Shown piece after piece: positions 45,307 to 53,291 of a stretch of 64,000 bases of DNA. Position 1 is the stretch's first letter; every line of letters starts with the position of its first letter. A program made the position numbers and the translations under genes. The stretch comes from Deltaproteobacteria bacterium (GTDB lineage Bacteria > Myxococcota_A > Polyangia > HGW-17). Location: the NCBI GenBank assembly GCA_016937155.1, contig JAFGWM010000053.1, positions 15,495 to 79,494 on the forward strand. The letters are read 5' to 3'. The notes beneath the pieces were generated by a model that saw nothing but the letters and a program-made list of their open reading frames with translations, was not told where the DNA came from and ran no database searches.

Positions 45307-47334
45307 TTAAAACAACTTCCGAAAGAGCAAAAGAAAGACTCCTAACATCATAAGTAGTGTATTACCGGCAATTTGCCTGTTGTCACCAGCGTTATTACAT
45401 GAGCATCCTGTATCTTCAGATGTTGTATCACTCATTGAATAAGCATCAACGTAGTAACACAAAGTAAGAGAAGCGCAATCAGGGTCATCACAATCAACCT
45501 TGCCGTCACCGTCATCATCAATATAATTCAAACAATTCTCACCGGCTACATTCTCACAATATACACTGGACTGACAGTCAGCATCTTCACAGTCAGTGAA
45601 GCCGTCACCATCGTTATCATTTCCGTCCATACACATTTCTTTTCTGGGAGCACAAAGCGATGAAGAAATACATTTCACATCATCACAATCAACCCGACCA
45701 TTTCCGTCATCATCTACACCATTTCCGCAGACCTCTTTAACACTGTTGCATAGTGCTGTAGCGAAACAGTCGGCATCATCACAGTCAGCCTTCATATCTC
45801 CATCGTCATCGATGTAGTTATCACAGATTTCAGTACGAGTTGTACAAACCTGATTAAAGAAGCAATCGGCATCATCACAGTCAACCGCATTGTCACCATC
45901 ATCATCAATACCATTGTCACAGATTTCAATGTCTTCAGCTATACAGTTCATCGCTGTTTCGCAATTTGGGTCATCACAATCAGTCAAACCATCAAGATCA
46001 TCGTCAATATTATTATCACAAACTTCTGTTGTAGGGCTGGTACCCTGACAGGTTATTGTAAGAGTATAGGCACCAGGATTTTCATAAGTTTCCACGAAAA
46101 GATAACTGGTAAGACCATCTGTTGTAAATGTCAGAGATTCCTGAACTCCAGCATTGTTTAAGGATGAATCCACACATGATGTAGGAGAACAACTGCCTTT
46201 AATAAGCAAAAGATCCAAATCCAGACTCGAACCTGACAAATTCAAAGTGGCAGTTACAACTGTTCCCGAAGGAACTCCAACCCTGTAAACATTTTCCGGG
46301 CCGCTTTCACTATAACCGTTTGTACACACATCAGGATAACCTGTATAAGCATTCCCTCCAGTGACTGTTGTCCCTGAAACTGTGTCACCACAGGAAATAT
46401 CCGTTTTCATAGAACAGGCATCGATAATGCAGTCACTTGATGTGGCACAGTCTGAGTCATCGCAATCCACATCCCCGTCTCCATCATCATCAGTACCATT
46501 GGAGCAATCCTCAAAATCACTTCCGGTAATCCCATTTATAAAAGAAGAAAATTTATCCACTTTTGTACTCACACCAAAATAATCACATTCATCATAAGAG
46601 TTGAGAAGCACATATGATGACACCCCTGCCACGTATTCGCTACCACCTCTGGTAACAAAAGCAGGACCTCCACTGTCACCGGAACATATTCCGCCATCGG
46701 TATCCATCCTTATTCCCAGCGTTGAGGGCGGCATATTAACATATCCCACACCTGAAATATTGTATGAACACTGGGAAGAGCCGTCACAGATAGCAACCGG
46801 CGGTCTGGTGATTGTAAGTTTCGTACCACTGGAACCGGTTTCGGTAACACCAAACCCTACGTACTGAAGAGGAGTGACATTAACATCACTGCTTGTAATA
46901 GCACTGGCTGGAGGCAGAGGCGGTATAGGAGTGACACTTGATGGAGCTGAGGAGCTCAGTGTAAGTACTGATATATCATTTGTAAGTGCAGATTCATCAT
47001 ATGAAGGATGCACTGTAACAGCACTTACATTTCTTGAGTCCCAGAAACCGCCATTCACAGTGTTTCCGAAAAGAACCTGCATACTTGATGGAGAGCTTGC
47101 ACAGTGTCCTGCTGTGAGTACATGGTAGGGAGTAATGAGAGTTCCTGTGCAGGCACTTCCGTATCCCCCACCGGCATCAATTTCAATGTAAACAACTGCC
47201 TGGTGTTCAGTTGAAGTATCGGGTTCTCCGTACAAAATGTACCCATCAATGTACACAATCCCCTTTTGTTCCTCATGAGTGCATGAAAACATAACTGACT
47301 GAATTAAAAGAATAAAAATTGATATATACTTCAT
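45307..47334 (-). CDS. Trypsin-like (S1) serine protease lipoprotein with PPC-like domain, 7 Cys/Asp-rich repeats and Cys-box sorting tail (paralog 1)
   Basis: Lipobox VMFSC. Triad contexts LTAGHC, NDISVLTL, GDSGGPAF. PPC-like ...LDLDLLLIKG...YTLTITC. Repeats C-x-N-G-x-DDDGD-x3-DC-x-D-x-DC. Tail GCSCNNAGDNRQIAGNTLLMMLGVFLLLFRKLF. Confidence 0.8.
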   Translation of the reverse strand: MKYISIFILLIQSVMFSCTHEEQKGIVYIDGYILYGEPDTSTEHQAVVYIEIDAGGGYGSACTGTLITPYHVLTAGHCASSPSSMQVLFGNTVNGGFWDSRNVSAVTVHPSYDESALTNDISVLTLSSSAPSSVTPIPPLPPASAITSSDVNVTPLQYVGFGVTETGSSGTKLTITRPPVAICDGSSQCSYNISGVGYVNMPPSTLGIRMDTDGGICSGDSGGPAFVTRGGSEYVAGVSSYVLLNSYDECDYFGVSTKVDKFSSFINGITGSDFEDCSNGTDDDGDGDVDCDDSDCATSSDCIIDACSMKTDISCGDTVSGTTVTGGNAYTGYPDVCTNGYSESGPENVYRVGVPSGTVVTATLNLSGSSLDLDLLLIKGSCSPTSCVDSSLNNAGVQESLTFTTDGLTSYLFVETYENPGAYTLTITCQGTSPTTEVCDNNIDDDLDGLTDCDDPNCETAMNCIAEDIEICDNGIDDDGDNAVDCDDADCFFNQVCTTRTEICDNYIDDDGDMKADCDDADCFATALCNSVKEVCGNGVDDDGNGRVDCDDVKCISSSLCAPRKEMCMDGNDNDGDGFTDCEDADCQSSVYCENVAGENCLNYIDDDGDGKVDCDDPDCASLTLCYYVDAYSMSDTTSEDTGCSCNNAGDNRQIAGNTLLMMLGVFLLLFRKLF
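45457..46020 (-). repeat. Array of six ~31-34-codon Cys/Asp-rich coding repeats in protease paralog 1
   Basis: CDNNIDDDLDGLTDCDDPNC, CDNGIDDDGDNAVDCDDADC, CDNYIDDDGDMKADCDDADC, CGNGVDDDGNGRVDCDDVKC, CMDGNDNDGDGFTDCEDADC, CLNYIDDDGDGKVDCDDPDC. Confidence 0.85.
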
Positions 47335-47430
47335 TAGACACCTCGAATAAGAGATTCAGAATACAATTTCTTAGCACTTTATGAAAAGACTTGCCATAAA
47401 TGAGTTCATAAATCTGCAAATAAATTTTTT

Positions 47431-47961
47431 TTAATTATCTGACCGGTGAATTTCAAGAGCAGTATCAAGTTTGCCATCAATTAAAACGGCACTTCTGAAG
47501 AAAATACTTCTCCTGCCGTCGCATTCCGGTTCCCACACTGCCATGGCTTTGAATGATTTCCTCAAATCCGTTGATGTATTTTCAAACCTATATCTGAAAA
47601 GATGAGGTTTTTCAATTGAGAATCTCAGATCCTTCCAGCTCCCCGTCTCCCATTGAAAGGGATCATAAGACAGAAAATCAGTACCTCCGGGATTACAAAA
47701 AGATGGTTTGGAGTTTTTGCAGCAGCGTATCGAGGGAGTAAGTTCTGTGGATGGGGGAAACCAGGGCATTTCTATTTTTCCGTCAACATTCTTCAAAATT
47801 GCTCTATTGGAATGTATTGCAGCACCTTCATATATTCTCCGCAGATTCACTGGAACTTCAGCAAAGCGAACAGATTTTTTCCAACTTGCTAAAATAACAG
47901 TTGTAAGCAAAACACAACTGAAAACAATTAAAGAAGATATAAGGATCTGAAGTCTGGTCAT
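47431..47961 (-). CDS. Pilin-domain paralog lacking the prepilin cleavage/methylation motif
   Basis: 176 aa, collinear with the pilin at 16626-17183. AEVPVNLRRIYEGAAIH vs [19 protein letters not shown]...C vs CC...C. WETGSWKDLRFSIEKPHLFRYRF vs [32 protein letters not shown] vs DCDGTYSLF. The N-terminus is MTRLQILISSLIVFSCVLL, with no G|F(T/M)xxE. Confidence 0.65.
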   Translation of the reverse strand: MTRLQILISSLIVFSCVLLTTVILASWKKSVRFAEVPVNLRRIYEGAAIHSNRAILKNVDGKIEMPWFPPSTELTPSIRCCKNSKPSFCNPGGTDFLSYDPFQWETGSWKDLRFSIEKPHLFRYRFENTSTDLRKSFKAMAVWEPECDGRRSIFFRSAVLIDGKLDTALEIHRSDN

Positions 47962-48138
47962 TTTATCCTCGGAATATCAGGAAAACCTCTGATGAACAAA
48001 TCTAATTAACCCTGAAATTCCCACTACAGGATTAAAATCAGGAAAAAACCTCAACCAATTTTTTATCTCCGTTTCAGATCGGTTGCAAATATAAAATAAA
48101 TAAAGTAATTAATTCTATCTGGAGAACTTGAGCCACCA

Positions 48139-48951
48139 ATGAAAAAACTTTGGACGATTCTTGAAAATATTTCTGATGCCTTTTACAGGCCTTTTTTCTC
48201 ATTTCTTGAAGAACTGGGAAATATTTTCTCGTTGTTCATGACAAGTCTTGCATGGCTTTTCAGACCTCCATTCAGAGCCTCACTTCTGGTTCAGAATATG
48301 GATTTCATCGGACTGGGCTCCATTGGTATCGTTGCACTTGTGGCTTCTTTCACTGGAGCTGCTTTTTCACTACAGACAGTATATACGTTTAAACTTTTTC
48401 AGGCTGAAGCATATATTGGTGTAACCGTAGCTCTTTCTCTGTCCAAAGAACTTGCCCCGGTTCTTACAGCTTTGATGGTAACTGCCCGTGCCGGAAGCGC
48501 AATGGCCACTGAACTTGGCTCTATGAGAATAACTGAGCAGATCGATGCCATGCATACCATGGCAGTGAGTCCAATGCAGTACCTGGTTACGCCTAGAATT
48601 CTTGCAAGTATCATAATGATGCCATTCCTTACCATGGTATTCAATCTGGTGGGTATTTTAGGTGCAACTTTTGTAGCTGTAAATGTCATGGGAGTTGATG
48701 AAGGCCCCTACTGGCATAATATTTTCTGGTTTATTGATGCAAAAGACCTGTTTGAAGGTATTATCAAGGCTGTTTTCTTTGGTGCCGCATTTTCCACGAT
48801 TGCTTGCTATCAGGGGTTTTACGCAAGTGGAGGTGCTGCAGGTGTTGGAAGAGCCACCACAAGAGCTGTAGTGAGGGCAAGCGTGACTATACTGTTTCTT
48901 GATGTTGTACTCACAGACATCCTGTTGCTGGTTTTCAGGACTTCAAACTGA
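48139..48951 (+). CDS. mlaE: MlaE-family ABC transporter permease
   Basis: 270 aa. Characteristic ELGSMRITEQIDAM and CYQGFYASGGAAGVGRATTRAVV blocks. Confidence 0.88.
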   Translation: MKKLWTILENISDAFYRPFFSFLEELGNIFSLFMTSLAWLFRPPFRASLLVQNMDFIGLGSIGIVALVASFTGAAFSLQTVYTFKLFQAEAYIGVTVALSLSKELAPVLTALMVTARAGSAMATELGSMRITEQIDAMHTMAVSPMQYLVTPRILASIIMMPFLTMVFNLVGILGATFVAVNVMGVDEGPYWHNIFWFIDAKDLFEGIIKAVFFGAAFSTIACYQGFYASGGAAGVGRATTRAVVRASVTILFLDVVLTDILLLVFRTSN

Positions 48952-48964
48952 AAACGCCAGGAAA

Positions 48965-50974
48965 TCAATTACTCTGTCTGCTTTCAATCTCTGATTTTTT
49001 CGATTCATAAAGTTCGCTCTGATAAGACCATCTTCCCATCAAATCCTCAAGCTTACTTTGATTTTCCTTGAATTCCCTGAGCATATCAGGAAATTCAGGT
49101 CTGGAAAATGATTCAGGATCTGCCATTGATTTCTCAAGATAATCCTGACGTTCCTCCATATCACCTATTCGTTTTTCCAGTTCTGCAATTTTTTTCTTGA
49201 TAGGGCCTGTTTCCCTCAGAAGAATTTCACGAAGCTTCGCTTCCTTTTTTCGCCTGTCAGATTTTGTTGCCTTCTTTCTGTTTTCATCAGAAGTAATGAT
49301 TTCTGAAATGCCCGATGTCTTTTGCTGTGACAAACCTTCAACAGGGATAAAAACCCTGCTTTGATCCCTTAAGTGCAGGTGTTCATTATACTCTGAGAAG
49401 TTCCCTGGAAAAATGGATAGTGTATTGTCATTTATCTCCCATATTTCATTAGCAAGGTTATCAAGAAAACTTCTGTTATGCGAAACGAACAAAATAGTTC
49501 CATCATACTGTGCAAGAGCCTGTAAAAGTGCCTCAGAGCTTTCCAGATCAAGGTGATTTGTCGGTTCATCAAGGAGCAACACGTTCCCTGGATTTACAAG
49601 AAGTTTAGCCAGAGCGACCCTTGCTTTTTCTCCACCACTTAGCACCTTAATGAGTTTATCTGCATCTTCACCCTTGAAAAGAAAGGCCCCAAGAATATTT
49701 CTTACCATAGTTTCCCCTAGTGAAGGTGCAATCATCCTGACTTCTTCCACAATGGTTTTTGAAATATCCAGCGCCTGAGCCTGATGCTGTGCATAATAGC
49801 TCAGTTTTACACCTGAGCCTTCAAGTATTTTTCCTGTATCAGGTTTTAGCTCACCTGCAATAATCCGGAGAAGTGTAGTCTTGCCGGTACCGTTAACCCC
49901 AACAATTCCTATTTTCCGCCCTCTGCTGACAACATGAGAAATTCCTTTATATAACTGATTAGTTCCAAATGATTTACTTATTTCCTCAAGAACAATTGCT
50001 CTGTCACCACATCTTGCAGGCTTGGGAAATCTGAAAACAAAATGCTCCTCATATTCGAGAGTTTCAACTTCATCCAGTTTTTTAAGAAACTTTGCCTTGC
50101 TCTTAGCCTGCCTTGCTTTAGTGGCCTTGGCTTTAAACTTCTCTATAAAATTTTCCAGTTGCTTTCTTTCTTTTTCAACGTTCCTTCTTCTGTTTTCAAG
50201 GATCTTTTCCTCCTCTTCCCTGAGAAGCCTTGATTGAGTATAATTCCCTTTGTACTGCCGGAAACCCTCAGGTTCTAGTGCAAATATCCTTTTCACATGC
50301 CTATCAAGAAAATCACGATCGTGAGAAATCATTATCATTGTTTTTTTATACGACGACAAATATTGATCAAGCCAGGTCAGTGAGGGCAAATCCAGATGAT
50401 TGGTGGGTTCATCCAGTAACAGAAGATCAGGCTTCATAAAAAGAAGGGAAGCAAGATGAATTCTCATCTTCCACCCCCCACTGAATTCATCAATTTTCCT
50501 GTTGAAATCAGTTATTTTAAAGCCAAGCCCCATAAGAATCATTTCTGCCTCGTGGGGAGAGTATAAATTTTCGTTATTTATAAGTTCCTCGTGAAACTCA
50601 GCCAGCTCATGGGCCAGATTTTCTATTATATTTTCATTGACTTCAATTTTTAGTTGATTTTCCAGCAAATAAATTTTCTCACGAATCTCTTCAGTATTCG
50701 TATGGTTACTCATAACATGTTCAATAACAGTTTTTTCCGATGAGAATTCCATCTCCTGAGGGAGATAACCCATAAGTGAGTTCTTTGCCATATGAACTTC
50801 ACCGCTGTCAATAGTCTGTTCTCCCCTGAAAATTTTGAACAATGTTGTTTTTCCACGGCCATTTGCTCCTGTGAGACCTATATGATCTCCAGAAGTAACC
50901 TGAAGTGAAAGATTGCTAAAAATTTCCCTGGAACCAAATGAAAGACATACATTGTTGAGAGTAAGTAGTGACAT
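48965..50974 (-). CDS. ABC-F family ATPase (two ABC cassettes, coiled-coil linker and tail)
   Basis: Start set to MSLLTLNNV (ATG 50974). Walker A GANGRGKTT and GVNGTGKTT. Signatures FSGGWKMR and LSGGEKAR. No TM domain. Confidence 0.88.
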   Translation of the reverse strand: MSLLTLNNVCLSFGSREIFSNLSLQVTSGDHIGLTGANGRGKTTLFKIFRGEQTIDSGEVHMAKNSLMGYLPQEMEFSSEKTVIEHVMSNHTNTEEIREKIYLLENQLKIEVNENIIENLAHELAEFHEELINNENLYSPHEAEMILMGLGFKITDFNRKIDEFSGGWKMRIHLASLLFMKPDLLLLDEPTNHLDLPSLTWLDQYLSSYKKTMIMISHDRDFLDRHVKRIFALEPEGFRQYKGNYTQSRLLREEEEKILENRRRNVEKERKQLENFIEKFKAKATKARQAKSKAKFLKKLDEVETLEYEEHFVFRFPKPARCGDRAIVLEEISKSFGTNQLYKGISHVVSRGRKIGIVGVNGTGKTTLLRIIAGELKPDTGKILEGSGVKLSYYAQHQAQALDISKTIVEEVRMIAPSLGETMVRNILGAFLFKGEDADKLIKVLSGGEKARVALAKLLVNPGNVLLLDEPTNHLDLESSEALLQALAQYDGTILFVSHNRSFLDNLANEIWEINDNTLSIFPGNFSEYNEHLHLRDQSRVFIPVEGLSQQKTSGISEIITSDENRKKATKSDRRKKEAKLREILLRETGPIKKKIAELEKRIGDMEERQDYLEKSMADPESFSRPEFPDMLREFKENQSKLEDLMGRWSYQSELYESKKSEIESRQSN

Positions 50975-51035
50975 GGGGGGCACCATAATTGAAAAAAAAT
51001 GAAAATAAAACCGGAAAATCTCTATCCTCAGCTTG

Positions 51036-51041
51036 TATAAT
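51036..51041 (+). promoter_or_regulatory. Candidate -10 hexamer (TATAAT, preceded by TG) for protease paralog 2
   Basis: cTTGTATAATg lies 46 nt upstream of ATG 51087. No convincing -35. Confidence 0.3.
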
Positions 51042-51086
51042 GCCCGAAGGTGTGGAAAATTGTCAAAAGTTGAAAAGGAGTGTGAC

Positions 51087-53177
51087 ATGAAAAACATTTT
51101 TTCTTCGGTTATTTTCCTGACTTTTCTTTCATTTTTTGCGTCATGCCAGGAAAATCAACCATTAAACACTGAAACAATATCCACCAACAGACCGATATTT
51201 TATGGTGATCCTGACACCAGCACAGCACATAAAGCAGTCGTTTATCTTGAATCGAATACAGGATTTTCATGCACTGGAACTGTCATTGCACCTACGTGGG
51301 TACTCACCGCAGGACACTGTGTTGAGGGCGTTAGCAGCATAGATGTGAAGATAGGAAATTCAAGTTATTCTTATGATTACTCAGTCGCAAGTGTAGATAT
51401 AATACAGCATCCCAACTATGTGGGAACAAGTCAGAACATATACAACGACATTGCACTGATTGAGCTTGAATCTGATGTATCCTCAGTTCTCAATCCTATT
51501 CCAATTTTACCTCCTTCACTTGCCATCTCTGATTCTGATGAAAGAAGCACAATGCTTGAATTTGTAGGGTACGGATTGACTGAAACATATTCAAGTGGAG
51601 TGAAACTTACAGTTGATCACGTTCTCGGAGATCAGTGCTCATCCTCAAACTATTGTAGCATCCAGACTTCACCTTACAGCATACCACCAGGAAGTATAAG
51701 TTATGGACAAAATGGCGGAGGTCCCTGCAGTGGTGACAGTGGAGGTCCTGCATTCGTTGTGAGATCAGGTACTGAGTATGTCGCCGGAGTAACCAGTTAC
51801 GGTGATGAGGACTGTCTGGTTTATGGTGTATCAACAAAAGTTGATTACTTTTATAATTGGATTACTTCATATACAGGAACAACAACATCCACCGAGAACT
51901 GTACCAATGGCACTGATGACGATGGAGACGGGGCTGTGGATTGCAGTGACAGTGATTGTTTTTCAAATTCTGCATGCCAGACAACTGAGAATGCCTGTGG
52001 AAACACAATCACTTTAGGCTGTGGAGACAGCGTATCCTCTTCAACTGCAACCGGAGCTTATACCGCTTATACTTCCTATAATTGCCTTGATGGTTGGACA
52101 GAAGATGGTCCTGAGCGGATTTATGAGTTACTTCTGAATACCGGGGCAGATGTCACAATTACCCTGAGCAGCGGTTCCACAAATGATCTTGATTTGCTTA
52201 TCCTTGAGGGAAATTGTGATACAAACTCGTGTGCTACTGGAAGTGTAGAGGATGCCGGCGTGGACGAGGTACTTTCTTTCCCTTATGACGGTTCATCAAC
52301 ATTATATGCAGTTGTTGAAACATTTCAGAATGCAGGTGATTTCACACTTACAGTAGAATGCGACGGTGGTGAAGTTCAGGAAAACTGCACTAACGGAACT
52401 GATGATGACGGTGACAATATGGTGGACTGTAATGATCCTGATTGTTCACAGCATTCAAACTGCACTACAACAGGAGAAAACTGTACCAACGGTGTTGATG
52501 ATGATGGTGACAATATGGTGGACTGCAATGATCCTGATTGTCAGACAAATGCCAACTGTATAACAAATCCTGAAAACTGCACTAATGGAGTTGATGATGA
52601 CGGCGATGGAGCTGTTGACTGTGATGATGCTGACTGTGTAACTCTCAGTTCATGTACTGAAAGAGTTGAAGACTGTACCAATGGTATTGATGATGATGGT
52701 GATGGGGCTGCTGACTGTGACGATGTTGACTGTGCAAACAATGCCAACTGCTCAGGTACTATCTCAGAAAACTGTTCAAACGGTATTGACGACGACGGTG
52801 ATGCAAAAATTGACTGCAATGACAGTGACTGCAGAACTTTCAGTGCATGTCAGGCACCTGTTGAAATCTGTTACAACGGTACTGATGATGATGGCGACGG
52901 ACTAACTGACTGTAATGACAGTGACTGTGCCTCCTATGTTGGATGTGGAATGAGCGGTGGTGAAATATGCTATAACGGTATTGATGATGATGGCGACGGT
53001 AAGACAGACTGTGGAGACAGTGATTGTGCAAGTTACTCAAAATGCAGCAATTACAATTCCTCTAGCGATGACGGTGGCTGTTCTTGTTCAAATGCCGGTT
53101 CAAACGTACCCCCTGAAAATTATTTTTTCATTATCATTCTTCTTATAGGATTGGCATCCACAAGAAAACTCATCTGA
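51087..53177 (+). CDS. Trypsin-like (S1) serine protease lipoprotein with PPC-like domain, 8 Cys/Asp-rich repeats and Cys-box sorting tail (paralog 2)
   Basis: Start set to MKNIFSSVIF (ATG 51087, AAAGGAG upstream). Lipobox FFASC. LTAGHC, NDIALIEL, GDSGGPAF. PPC-like ...NDLDLLILEG...FTLTVEC. Tail GGCSCSNAGSNVPPENYFFIIILLIGLASTRKLI. Confidence 0.8.
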   Translation: MKNIFSSVIFLTFLSFFASCQENQPLNTETISTNRPIFYGDPDTSTAHKAVVYLESNTGFSCTGTVIAPTWVLTAGHCVEGVSSIDVKIGNSSYSYDYSVASVDIIQHPNYVGTSQNIYNDIALIELESDVSSVLNPIPILPPSLAISDSDERSTMLEFVGYGLTETYSSGVKLTVDHVLGDQCSSSNYCSIQTSPYSIPPGSISYGQNGGGPCSGDSGGPAFVVRSGTEYVAGVTSYGDEDCLVYGVSTKVDYFYNWITSYTGTTTSTENCTNGTDDDGDGAVDCSDSDCFSNSACQTTENACGNTITLGCGDSVSSSTATGAYTAYTSYNCLDGWTEDGPERIYELLLNTGADVTITLSSGSTNDLDLLILEGNCDTNSCATGSVEDAGVDEVLSFPYDGSSTLYAVVETFQNAGDFTLTVECDGGEVQENCTNGTDDDGDNMVDCNDPDCSQHSNCTTTGENCTNGVDDDGDNMVDCNDPDCQTNANCITNPENCTNGVDDDGDGAVDCDDADCVTLSSCTERVEDCTNGIDDDGDGAADCDDVDCANNANCSGTISENCSNGIDDDGDAKIDCNDSDCRTFSACQAPVEICYNGTDDDGDGLTDCNDSDCASYVGCGMSGGEICYNGIDDDGDGKTDCGDSDCASYSKCSNYNSSSDDGGCSCSNAGSNVPPENYFFIIILLIGLASTRKLI
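52386..53045 (+). repeat. Array of seven ~31-33-codon Cys/Asp-rich coding repeats in protease paralog 2
   Basis: CTNGTDDDGDNMVDCNDPDC, CTNGVDDDGDNMVDCNDPDC, CTNGVDDDGDGAVDCDDADC, CTNGIDDDGDGAADCDDVDC, CSNGIDDDGDAKIDCNDSDC, CYNGTDDDGDGLTDCNDSDC, CYNGIDDDGDGKTDCGDSDC. The first two units share long identical nucleotide runs. Confidence 0.9.
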
Positions 53178-53291
53178 TACATCACACCGCTATTGACTAC
53201 AGACAACCAATAATATAACCAGTAGAGCGTGTTACAGTCTTGTTAAAAAATGGATTGAATTCAAGATTTGGACAGAGAGCACTGGTGAAAA

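Noticed and set aside
50975-51097. Apparent overlap of the divergent ABC-F and protease-2 ORFs (starts at 51097 and 51033 in the ORF track)
   Set aside because: Both are upstream extensions. ABC-F homology begins at MSLLTLNNV (50974). The protease signal peptide begins at ATG 51087, behind AAAGGAG.
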